From Octopus sinensis (taxonomy: Eukaryota): DNA of 17,568 nucleotides. Shown here in pieces: positions 1 through 9,565 of the stretch (its first letter is position 1; the number at the start of each line of letters is the position of its first letter). The translations under genes and the position numbers were made by a program. The stretch is taken from contig NW_021824822.1 in NCBI RefSeq assembly GCF_006345805.1, forward strand, positions 1 to 17,568, given 5' to 3'. The notes under the pieces are model-generated. The model had not been told where the DNA came from. It saw only the letters and a program-made list of their open reading frames with translations, and made no database searches.

Positions 1-679
1 AAAGAAACACACAAGCAAACAAACATAAAATGCTTGGTAAAATCTTTGCTTGTCTCTGAATTTCAAACGGGTAGTTATAATGATTTATCGTGGCTTATAT
101 TACAAATGATTTCCAAACAGAAAGCTTGTCAGTCTTCTCTATATCAAAAGCCAGTGATTTATTTACAAATTTATTTAATTATTTTCTGTTTTTCACATTC
201 AAATACTTTGAAATAATTTGATTGCAGACATGTAATGTATAATAATTCGATTGTTAAATTTCTTCATTTGCTAGACATGATTTTTTTTCTTCCTATTCAC
301 TAAAGACACACATGTAATATTATGTGTAACTTAGAATAGGATCTACGCTATATAGTTATTTAACTTCTAAAGCACAATCTCTGGCGTGTTGTTATTACTA
401 TAAAGGGATGACTCCCAGATTTATGTGGCGTCACATGGAAACGTAAATGAGCCTTTGTGTAAGAATACGATGTCGAGCTTTGACAGGGAGCTATATATTT
501 TTCGCTCCGCTTTTATCTAAAATGATGTCATTGTCTGTTTCTCCATATAGAATGACAACGCTAAAACCGTAACATATCTCCAAACAATTTTTAGATTCAT
601 GCATTGAGATCAAGGTTTTTATCATTGACAGCGGATCCTTCTAGATGTTTAACCGCAATATATGGCACGACATGCATGT

Positions 680-767
680 ATACATACATACAGACGTACA
701 AACATATATAAATACATGCATACATACATACATACATACATACATACATACATACATACATACATAC
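680..767. repeat. (TACA)n microsatellite
   Basis: Near-perfect TACA run at 721-767 with a degenerate lead-in. Confidence 0.95.
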
Positions 768-785
768 TACATTCGTATGTATATA

Positions 786-952
786 TTATCTTACTTGTTT
801 CAGTCTTTAGTCGAACAAATCGCCCCCAGAACGTATTCCTTGTAAGCTTAGTACTTATTATACCGGTCTCTGATGCCGAGCCGCTAAGTTACGGGGACGT
901 AAATACACCAACACCAATTCTGAAGTGATTGTGGGGGATAAACACAGACACT

Positions 953-1005
<53 letters not shown>

Positions 1006-1379
1006 ATATATATATATATACATGAATAAATAAATGGAGTTTAACGCAGGTGTAACTCAAATATTTTTACTTTCGACACATGTTTCGAAAATTCCACTGA
1101 TACTATTCAAAAGAATAAATTGTATAAACAATGCAATCTTTTCCGTGTTAATTGTTAACAAGGTAAAATACACTCATCTATTTATATATATATAGATATA
1201 TATATATATATATATATACGACGTTTCTTTCTGGTCCCGTCTACAAAATCCACTCATAAAGCATTAGTTGGCCGGAGGCTATTAGTAGAAGATACTTGCC
1301 CAAAGTGGCTACGTAGTGGAACTGAACCCGGAACCATGTTGTTGGGAAGCAAGCGTTTGACTACACACCCATACCTGCG
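786..1379 (-). mobile_element. CORE-like tRNA-derived SINE (octopus-type), split by an expanded internal (TA)n tract and a ~160-bp insert
   Basis: Minus strand 1379-1219 reads CGCAGGTATGGGTGTGTAGTCAAACGCTTGCTTCCCAACAACATGGTTCCGGGTTCAGTTCCAC (B-box-like GGTTCAGTTCC), then CCACTTTGGGCAAGTATCTT (resembles the CORE-domain start). It matches the plus-strand copy at 16299-16497. The 3' half (955-786) ends in GACTGAAACAAGTAAG, the same tail as 16946-16960. Confidence 0.8.
956..1020. repeat. (TA)n microsatellite inside the SINE
   Basis: Direct reading; a second TA run lies at ~1182-1218. Confidence 0.95.
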
Positions 1380-1475
1380 ACTTTGCATGTGTACATAAGT
1401 ACGTACATGCTTGCTTGATTGCATGCGTGAGTGTATACGTACATACATACGTGCATATCATATAGAATTGAATAG

Positions 1476-1678
1476 AATAATAATTCTTTCTACCATAGGC
1501 ACAAGGCCTGAAATTTGGGGGAGGGGATAGTCGATTATATCGACCCCAGTATTTCACTGGTACTTAATTTATCGACCCCAAAAATATGGATGAAAGGTAA
1601 TGTTGACCTCTGGAATTTGAACTCAGAACGTAAAGTATTTTGTCTGGCGTGCTAAACATTCTGCCAGGTGGCCACCTT
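1476..1678 (-). mobile_element. tRNA-derived SINE, family A, tail variant 1 (CCCCTCCCCCAAATTTCAGGCCTTGTGCC...(ATT)n)
   Basis: Minus strand: AAGGTGGCCACCTGGCAGAATG head, GAGTTCAAATTCC B box, GGGGTCGATAAATTAAGTACCAG core, and a tail ending AGAAAGAATTATTATT. Confidence 0.85.
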
Positions 1679-1692
1679 TGCTTTAATGGTAA

Positions 1693-2261
1693 TAACCTTT
1701 TCTACTCTAGGCATAAGGCACGAAATTTGGAGGAGGAGGCCACTCGATTAGATCGATCCCAGTACGCAACTGGTACTTAATTTATCACCCCCACAATGAT
1801 TAAAGGCAAAGTCGACCATGGCGGAATTTGAACTCTGAACTCAAAGACAGACGAAATTCCGACAAGGGATAAACACAGAGAGGACAAACAAGGACAAACA
1901 AACGGATTAAGTCGATTATATCGACTCCAGTGCGTAACTGGTACTTATTTAATCGACCCCGAAATGATGAAAGGCAAAGTCGACCTCGGCGGAATTTGAA
2001 CTCAGAACGTAACGGCAGACGAAATACCTATTTCTTTATTACCCACAAGGGTCTAAACACAGAAGGGACAAACAAGGACAGACATAGGTATTAAGTCGAT
2101 TACATCGACCCAAGTACGTAGCTGGTACTTAATTTATCGACCCCGAAATGATGAAAGGCAAAGTCGACCTCGGCGGAATTTGAACTCTGAACATAACGGC
2201 AGACGAAATACCGCTAAGCTTTTCGTCCGGCGTGCTAACGTTTCTGCTAGTTCGCAGCCTT
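1693..2261 (-). mobile_element. SINE family A trimer: head-bearing unit 2261-2029, head-less unit 2028-1862, head-less variant-1 unit 1860-1693
   Basis: Three repeats of the B box + GTCGACTTTGCCTTTCATC + GGGGTCGAT core but only one head. Junction AAAGAAATA|GGTATTTCGTCTGCC at 2029/2028. Flanked by a degenerate direct repeat TTTG(C/A)TTTAATG(G/A)TAA at 1677-1692 and 2260-2275. Confidence 0.9.
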
Positions 2262-3514
2262 TGATTTAATGATAAAAATGACTAATAACTTAGGTCAGAT
2301 ATACAGTATACTCTCTTGTTTTTGAAGCTTTTGAAATTAGAGGTTATAATACAAATCGATGTACCTTTGTTAGAATTCTTCAAGAAAGTTTGAGAGGTTT
2401 TATATAATCACTCCGCTACTTTCAATAGATTGTTTTCATCTTCATCTATATTTGAATAATTGAAAATATAATAGTTACGGTCTGCTTTATTTTATCTAGT
2501 GAAATCCGAAGAAACTATGGCTTGTTTTAATATTTAATGTCAATAACAAACGTTTTAGGTCGGTAAGATTTAGATATTTCATACTTCCACGAACGTAGAC
2601 TACATTACTGATTTCCATTGAGAATAAATCCCTCTCTCTCCCTTTATAAATAGATGCATATAGAAAGATAGACAGATATTTAAACACATGAATATATATA
2701 TATATATATGAGATAAGACCACTATTAGGCAACTCAAACAGTAATAGACATAAAAAAACAAAAAATAAATATAATTAATATAATATACAAAATATATATA
2801 AAATATAAAATTTAAAATTTAAATTATTGAACCTTGAAATTTTTTAATTTATATTTATAAATTTTTATATTTTTATATTAAATTTTAAATTTACAAATTT
2901 TTAAACTATTAAACTTTTAACCTTTTTTTTTAAACTAACCAAAAAGTATTAAAAAGTTTAATATAGTATAATATATATATGTGTGTATGTATGTATGTAG
3001 GTATGTACGTATATTTGTATATTCAATCTTTCATTTTAAACAGTTGTTTTCTGTTAATTTATGTTGCCTATTCTCATTGAGATACAGTGAGGGAATTCTA
3101 ATGTTCTAATTATGAACAGACCTACACCGAAAATAAGCCTGAAGTAGATAATACGGCAACAATAAACAGAAGTAAGAATAATGATTACAAATAAACAAAC
3201 TGTTATATTATTGACTTACAACATCTATAGGTTCGACATTTTGAAAGTCGACTTTTATATAAATCTTCAATTCCGATCTAGTCGTTCTCATAGTATATAT
3301 CGTTATCTGGATTTACTTCCGTATATTTATCGTAGATCGATACAAAAATTCATTTCATTTCACAGAAGAATATGCACTTAATCTTGATTTGAGATCAATT
3401 TTCTCATATCAACTATCAAGGGAAAAGATTTAGATTTCGGAATGTTTAGATCAAAATTATAAGATGTTTGGGCTCCTCTTTCACTTTCGGGAGTGTGTTC
3501 TGAAAACAACGGAT

Positions 3515-3810
3515 TTTGTTGTTGTCATTGTTGCTGTTGCCGTCATCATCATTATCATCAACATCATCGTCATCATCATCTTTCTTCTTCTTCTTCTTCT
3601 TCTTCTCTTCTTCTTCTTCTTCTTCTTCTTCTTCTTCTTCTTCTTCTTCTTCTTCTTCTTCTCCTTTTTCTTCTTCTCTTCTTCTTCTTCTTCTTCTTCT
3701 TCTTCTTCTTCTTCTTCTTCTTCTCTTCATTCTTCTTATTCTTCTTCTCTCTTATTCTCTTATTATTATTATTATATTATTTGTTATTAATTGTTATTAT
3801 TATATTATTA

Positions 3811-3841
<31 letters not shown>
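3515..3841. repeat. Compound triplet microsatellite (GTT/GCT)-(CAT)-(CTT)-(TAT)
   Basis: Direct reading; it accounts for all the homopolymeric ORFs between 3446 and 3881. Confidence 0.95.
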
Positions 3842-3843
<2 letters not shown>

Positions 3844-4110
3844 GGCGGCGAGCTGGCAGAACAGTTAGTACGCTGAACTAAATGCATAGCGGTTTACCGG
3901 TATTTCGCCTGTCGCTACGTTTTGAGTTCAAATTCTGCCGAGGTCGATTTCGCATTTCATCTTTTCAGGGGGCGTGCTGGCAGAATAGTTACCACGAAGG
4001 GCGAAATGCTTAGCGGTAATCCGTCTGTCTTTACATTCTGAGTTCAAATTCCGCAGAGATCGACTTTGCCTTTCATCCTTTCGGGGTCGATTAAATAAGT
4101 ACCAGTTACC
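3841..4110 (+). mobile_element. Two adjacent 3'-truncated family A SINE copies (3841-~3969 and ~3968-4110)
   Basis: TAAGGCGGCGAGCTGGCAGAA head at 3841 and a second head GGCGTGCTGGCAGAAT at ~3971, each followed by GAGTTCAAATTC and a GTCGA/ATCGA core. Confidence 0.85.
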
Positions 4111-4215
4111 CATAGGTATCTTTTTGCACTTTACTCATTTTGGAGATACGAAGATTTTGTCCTACATATTTGTTTGTACGTTACATATCTTTCTGTGTGC
4201 CCCAATGGTTATACA

Positions 4216-4800
4216 TATCATCATCATCATCATCTTTCCTCAGTAGTTCCACGCAAGTTTCTACTGCATCGACTGTTGCACCTCCGTGTCCCTGGGGTGC
4301 ACGCAGCATTGTGTTTACATATGCATGTGGATCGAAGGAGCACAGACTTTCTTAGTGGTGTGCTACTTCAGTTTTTCTTTATTTTCATCATCATGGGGTA
4401 GAGTTTCTTATTTCTTGTTTTATTAGCGTTTATTCTACTGCACTTGGTGCGTGTGTAATAATGTCGGTCATGTTATTTTAGTGGGCGTTAATCTTGTATA
4501 GTATATGTACCACGAGTTGTGTTGCTTTAGATTATTAACTGCTTATTGTATTGGGTGTGTGGAATGTGTGAAGATTATTTTAATTCAGCTTTTCATGTGA
4601 ACTTATAGTAACTTGCACTAGTTGTAAGCAGTTATTAGCAGAGTTATTTATGGAGAGTTTGTAGTGTTTTGAACCCATGTACAGACACTTTCTTTTCATA
4701 TGTTTTAATCATGCTCCAAGTACTAATGGTATTGTTTTCACCGTCATGTCTCACATGTATTATTATTGTTTCCATTTTACATCCAAGGAATCTCGATCTT
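4216..4800 (-). mobile_element. Old degenerate R4/Dong-like non-LTR retrotransposon 3' end with (GAT)n tail
   Basis: Minus-strand remnants IEIPWM (4797-4780), KTIPLVLGA (4738-4712) and TLLITAY (~4645-4625) occur in the order of the RLE C-terminal motif EIExRxW...IPxVxGALG...KxxLLGTAxIL. The terminal 60 nt (4298-4240) align with 15315-15380 and end in AACTACTGA. Confidence 0.55.
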
Positions 4801-4914
4801 ACCTGCTCCTGTGAATTCTATAAAAGCGGACAGCAACCTGTTGTCAAAGGTCTCACAGGGTTTCTGTCCACGATATTTAACACCCAAGTACCAATCGCAA
4901 AATATTTTTTAGTA

Positions 4915-5264
4915 TTTTTTTTTTATTATTACTATTATTTTCATATACAATCAACAGATTAGACTCTTGGAAAAGAAAATATCGTAACATCAGGCTAAAA
5001 CAAGTAACCTTAGATGCCAAGAACCCTTCTAAGTATCCTAGCTGTTCCAAATTACACTGTTTTCTGGAGCTGTGCTAAACTGGGTTTTATGCCAATTTCC
5101 TCAATCCATCGCTTCAGTTCTTTAGGGTTTGTTCCCAATGCACTTATAACTACTGGGATACATTTTACCCGCACTTTCCATAGTCTCTGAAATTCAATAG
5201 TTAGGTCCAGGTACTTTGCTATTTTTTCTTTACCTCTTATATTAATGTTTTCATCAGTTGCAAT
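4915..5264 (-). mobile_element. R4/Dong-clade non-LTR retrotransposon, 5'-truncated; C-terminal restriction-like endonuclease fragment (pseudogenised)
   Basis: My translation of 5264-5010: IATDENINIRGKEKIAKYLDLTIEFQRLWKVRVKCIPVVISALGTNPKELKRWIEEIGIKPSLAQLQKTV*FGTARILRRVLGI*. It carries the typical KExEKxxKYxDLxIExxRLW...PVVIGALG...QKxxLLGTARILR motif and one in-frame stop. An (AAT)-like tail follows at ~4915-4940. Confidence 0.85.
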
Positions 5265-5870
5265 TTTCTTCAGATCGAGTAGCCTATCCCGCTCAAATGA
5301 TCCTTGAATAAGGTTTGTTTAAAGATATTGAACGAAACACCCATGTTTCCAGAGGTAAATTATCCAAAACCCAAAGAATTCCTCTCAACATATAGTTATG
5401 AGGTTCCCCACCCATTCATACCCATCCGCGTGTCAACGTCGCACACAACCATCAATTATAGAGCACAGATAGTTCACCTTGTCCACCACCACGTATCACC
5501 ATTGCGTGGTAGTACGTTTTTAGGTAGATTGCTATTAGCCAGTTACGCGTTTTTCGATTCATTTTACGTACAGAACATATTCTAAAACCACAAAACTTTT
5601 CCTATAAATATATCTACATTCATTCATAGGATCCATTGAAGTGATTTAAACAATGTTACACCGAGCAAAATATCGTGCAGTAATCTGCTTCTAATACAAG
5701 TTACTCGTGATAAATTCATTTCAATTGCATTCAAAATGGAGGATATTAAAAAAGAGAACTGACTTGTGAGTTAGTGAGCCGAATAAATTATTAGACTTCA
5801 TAAGTATAATAATCATCGCCAAACAGATAGCGCAAATTTTCCCCTTATGTAACAGTGTAAATCCTTATTT

Positions 5871-5929
5871 GCTATCTATCTATCTCTATCTATCTATCTA
5901 CTATCTATCTATCTATCTATCTATCTATA

Positions 5930-5963
<34 letters not shown>

Positions 5964-6128
5964 AGATAATATATTATATATATATATCTATATATATAGA
6001 TATATATATATTATATATATATATATTCATCTATCTATTTGTCTGTCTTTCTGTCTGTCTCTTTCTCTCCGTGTCTCTGTCTGTCTCTTTATTTCTGTAT
6101 TTCTCTCTCTCTCTCTCCCTCTTCACTC

Positions 6129-6168
<40 letters not shown>

Positions 6169-6228
6169 AGGCAGTAGATAACTATAGATGTATTTACATA
6201 TACGTACCCACATACATATATGTGTGTA

Positions 6229-6268
<40 letters not shown>

Positions 6269-6480
6269 TATAATAGGGAGTAGAGAACTCTAGATATATT
6301 TACATATATTTATACATACACCTATATTTTTGTGTGCATATATATATATATATATTTACTTATACATATATGTATATTTACATATATACACATATATATA
6401 TGTATATATAAAAGCATACACATATATATGTGTATGTATATGTATGTACGTACTTATGTATGTACGTACTTACGTATGTA
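5871..6480. repeat. Compound microsatellite field (CTAT)n, (TA)n, (CTGT/CT)n, (TA/TACA)n
   Basis: Direct reading; includes a degenerate ~70-bp direct repeat (~6160-6230 and ~6268-6337). Confidence 0.9.
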
Positions 6481-6830
6481 TATGAAACTGATTCTTCTGA
6501 GGAATTACGGAGAATCTTTAGGCTATATCCATCAAGAAGCAATGGGTCTAAATAATATATCACATTTTTTGTAATTCTCGCTCCTTTCCATTCCGCCATC
6601 GGTGTTAACATCAATGATACGAATATAATAGCAGAATTAGTGGTTAATGAGCGTCGATGAATTTTGTCAGCAATGGTGTGTTCAGATTTATGAGAAGCAA
6701 TGTTAGCTAAAGTGAGAGATTTCTTCGTCTAATTCTTGATATTTTTGACGTGGTATCTCTTCCGAGCAAGTTATATTTTTGGCGTACTGCCCAGACTTTC
6801 TAGTATGTGTCTAGGCTATTTAAATGCCAA
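6481..6830 (-). mobile_element. Possible ancient LINE ORF2 remnant (endonuclease-RT linker, CR1/L2/Jockey group)
   Basis: The minus frame is open from 6728 into the microsatellite: ...KNVIYYLDPLLLDGYSLKILRNSSEE, resembling VxxVIxxLDxxKAxGPDGIxxKILKxCxxEL. Upstream, KVW/QYAKNIT (with a frameshift) resembles FWxxAKNI. By-eye similarity only. Confidence 0.35.
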
Positions 6831-7254
6831 AATCTTTGCCAAAATTGGCCGTATACGTTTAATGACGCTGCATGATATTGGAGAAGTATGCGGCCTTTAT
6901 GCCTGGTCATTACACATCATTCTTTTATAAATTTTCCATTTTCTGTTTTTCTTTACCAAACGACTTTCAGCAGTCACATGCATGCATCCTCCAATATGCC
7001 GATATATATATACATACACTCAGTTAGAAGTTACATTTCCCCACTTTTACTCGCCGTTAATATATCAATCTGTTCTCTACTGATTTAATAAAATCCGATT
7101 AGAGGTTTTGTTGTAGATGGACGGAGGTAAATTCACTGCGGGTAATTACATTAGACTAAATACATCACCAGCTATTTCAGCATTTAGAATTTTCATCAAA
7201 AGTTAATTACATCGCAAATTAATACATCCTTAATAAAGACATTCATCATTCTAA

Positions 7255-7961
7255 ATACTTATTTCTTTATTACTCACAAGGGGCTAAGCATAGAGGGAAC
7301 AAACAAGGACAGACATAGGTATTAAGTCGATTAAATTATTGACCCCGAAAGGATGAAAGACAAAGTCGACCTCGGCCGAATTTGAACTCACAACGTAACG
7401 GCAGACGAAATACCTGCTTCTTTATTACCCACAAGGAGTTAAACATAGAGGGGACAAACAAGGACAGACATAAGTATTAAGTCGTATACATCGATCCCAG
7501 CGCGTAACTGGTACTTAATTTATCGACCTCGAAAGGATGAAAGGCAAAGTCGACCACGGCGGAATATGAACTCACAAAGTAGCGGCAGACAAAATACCTA
7601 TTTCTTTATTGTCCACAAGGGGCTAATAAACATAGAAGGGACAAAGAAGGACAGACAAAACGGATATTAAGTCGATACATCGCCCCCAGTGCGTAACTGG
7701 TACGTTTAATTTATCGACCCCGAAAGGATGAAAGGCAAAGTCGACCTGGTGGAATTGAACTCAGAACGTAACGGCAGACGAAATACCTATTTCTTTACTA
7801 CCCACAAGGGGCTAAACACAGAGAGGACAAACAAGGGTAGACAAACGGATTAAGTCGATTACATCGACCTCGGCGGAATTTGAACTCAGAACGTAGCAGC
7901 AGACGAAATACCGCTAAGCATTTCGCCCGGCGTGCTAACGTGTCTGCCAGCTCACCGCCTT
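7255..7961 (-). mobile_element. SINE family A tetramer: one head plus three head-less bodies, with a 13-bp TSD
   Basis: Units 7961-7788, 7787-7599, 7598-7415 and 7414-7255. All three junctions fall at ...AAAGAA(A/G)(T/C)A|GGTATTT(C/T)GTCTGCC. Perfect direct repeat TTCATCATTCTAA at 7242-7254 and 7961-7973. Confidence 0.92.
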
Positions 7962-8148
7962 TCATCATTCTAATTACATCGTGGGAAAATTCAACGTTAT
8001 ACTTTTTATCTGAAGCGTAATAACACCTCACTAAACTTTATTTTATATATATTATAATGTTTTTTAGTTGCGAAAACAATACGTAATATTTCATTAACAA
8101 TGAAAGAGATATGTCAATTTTATAATTTTATATTCTCGAAATTTTTAG

Positions 8149-8284
8149 GGAAGTTGTTGAAGAAACAATAAAAAGAAATGAAGTTATAGTGGAACCGTGT
8201 ATCGCGTATGTAGATAGTTCTACGCAGCAAATAAAAGAAATATATGAAGATAACGCGGCAAAAAATTCAACGCAGTGTCAATGA
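8149..8284 (+). CDS. Candidate terminal coding exon of an unknown host gene (unconfirmed)
   Basis: Pyrimidine-rich acceptor ...TATATTCTCGAAATTTTTAG|G, then 44 open codons EVVEETIKRNEVIVEPCIAYVDSSTQQIKEIYEDNAAKNSTQCQ and TGA at 8282-8284. The sequence is non-repetitive with protein-like composition. I recognise no homolog and found no matching upstream exon. Confidence 0.3.
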
Positions 8285-8422
8285 CTATAAAAAGTACGAA
8301 ATAACGGAATATTTAAGAGGTATTGTTTAAGATGTGTCTTTATAAGATTATCTCTTTTTTTTTCTCTACCTTAAAATAATGTTATTTTCTTGCCGGAATT
8401 TTTTTCTTTTGTGATTCATGGT

Positions 8423-8862
8423 TTTCATTTCATTTCATTTGAGTTTGAGTCCATGCTCAGGCCAAGTCGAAGACTCCACCCTCAGAGTCTGGTGTGGTTG
8501 CCAGGTTGTATTCTCTGTTTTAATTTGACATGTGTAGGAGCGAGTTGGAGTCAGTTTGTGCTCGTTGTGTATATCCGGGAGAGGGGGTTCATCTCTAATG
8601 GTGCTTAAGTATCTATCCAGCTGCAATTTGAATGATTCCACACTGCATCCTGTAGATTTCTGACATGTACCGGAATGAAGTTGAATAGTTGTGCTCCTCG
8701 AACCAACAGACTTGACTCTCGCAGAGTTTTTGCTGCCGGCCAGCCTTTTTGATTGTATGGTGGTAGCTGGCAGCGTCGTCCGTGGCGCCAGTGAGTGGTA
8801 GGTTTTGATACCAAAGTTGGCACCTTTGCCACTATCATTTTCCAAATGTATATCGGTATCGA
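8423..8862 (-). mobile_element. CR1/L2-group LINE 3' end (ORF2 C-terminus, 3' UTR, (TGAAA)n tail), 5'-truncated and frameshifted
   Basis: Joining frames gives IYIWKMI..VPNFGIKTY..WRHGRRCQLPP..KTLRESSLLVRGAQLFNFIPVHVRNL/TGCSVESFKLQLDRYLSTIRDEPPLP/GYTQRAQTDSNSLLHMSN* (stop at 8522-8520). This is the characteristic ORF2 C-terminus (IYxWKI, RGxxLFN, FKxxLDxxL, SNSL). Confidence 0.85.
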
Positions 8863-9102
8863 AGAAATTTTAATGTTTTTTTTTCCATAGAATAAGTTTG
8901 ATATTAATTTTGTGATTTAATTTTGAATTCATTTTTATTGTTAAATAAACGCGACATGTTTTCTGTAGGAACAAAAATCTTAAATAATGCTTAATGATGT
9001 ATTTACTCTGCATTTTTATAAAATACCAGAACAACACAAAGCAGCGTTCATTGAGACGTTTAGCTTGCGGTTTAATTAACATATGATGATTCTCGTGTAG
9101 GA

Positions 9103-9167
9103 TACCAATGGCTGTGCGGTTAAGAGGTTTGCTTGCGAGCATATGCTTTCAAGTGTCTTCTACTATA
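9103..9167 (+). mobile_element. Internally deleted CORE-like SINE fragment
   Basis: GGCTGTGCGGTTAAGAGGTTTGCTT head-like segment followed by CAAGTGTCTTCTACTATA, both matching 16311-16400. Confidence 0.6.
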
Positions 9168-9170
9168 ATC

Positions 9171-9206
9171 ATATATATATATATATGTGTGTGTATGTGT
9201 GTGTAC

Positions 9207-9244
<38 letters not shown>

Positions 9245-9305
9245 GTGTGTGTGTGTGTGTGTGTGTGTATACGTGTATATATACATATATATGTGTGTGT
9301 GTATG
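9171..9305. repeat. (TA)n/(TG)n microsatellite
   Basis: Direct reading. Confidence 0.95.
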
Positions 9306-9565
9306 TATCTAAGAGTTCAGGATTCCAGTGGATCATGTACCTAAATGGTAAAGCATCAAGTTCTGGTCAAAGTAAACGATTGCGTATAAAAAATTAGAGA
9401 CACATATACGCACATAAGGAAGTACAAGCAGATTACGATCAGAAGTGCCCGACTCGATATACCACGATTACCTAGGAACACTTACTTCACCTATTCCACT
9501 GCTCTTAATAAATTTCAGATCAACGCTACTTGCAGGTTCCGAGTAAGGTGAAAAATAAATAAATA

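Noticed and set aside
620-680. ADPSRCLTAIYGTTC, resembling an EGF-like 'CxxGxYGxxC' motif
   Set aside because: Too short, it runs into a microsatellite, and the remaining cysteines are missing.
2500-2562. 63-nt exon-like segment (TTTTATCTAG| ... TCG|GTAAGA)
   Set aside because: All three frames contain a stop (frame 0 begins with TGA), and it does not join in frame to the 3044 or 8149 candidates. It may be non-coding or chance.
2745-2980. Mitochondrial control-region NUMT
   Set aside because: Only base composition supports it; there is no adjacent mitochondrial gene or tRNA sequence.
3044-3171. Exon-like segment with a TM-like start (CFLLIYVAYS) and a GTAAGA donor
   Set aside because: The best frame has two stops, and its phase is incompatible with the 8149 acceptor.
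3446-3881. Long poly-R/E/S/L/F ORFs, and the similar ORFs at 13419-15569
   Set aside because: They are translations of triplet microsatellites, open in several frames on both strands, with no unique coding content.
7255-7961. CRISPR-like regularly repeated array
   Set aside because: The units are ~155-190-bp SINE bodies without unique spacers; the context is eukaryotic and there are no cas genes.
8390-8608. Plus-strand ORF; also 7798-8031, 16069-16266, 3928-4113, 10332-10617 and 16333-16518
   Set aside because: These are antisense or off-frame reads of LINE and SINE sequence.
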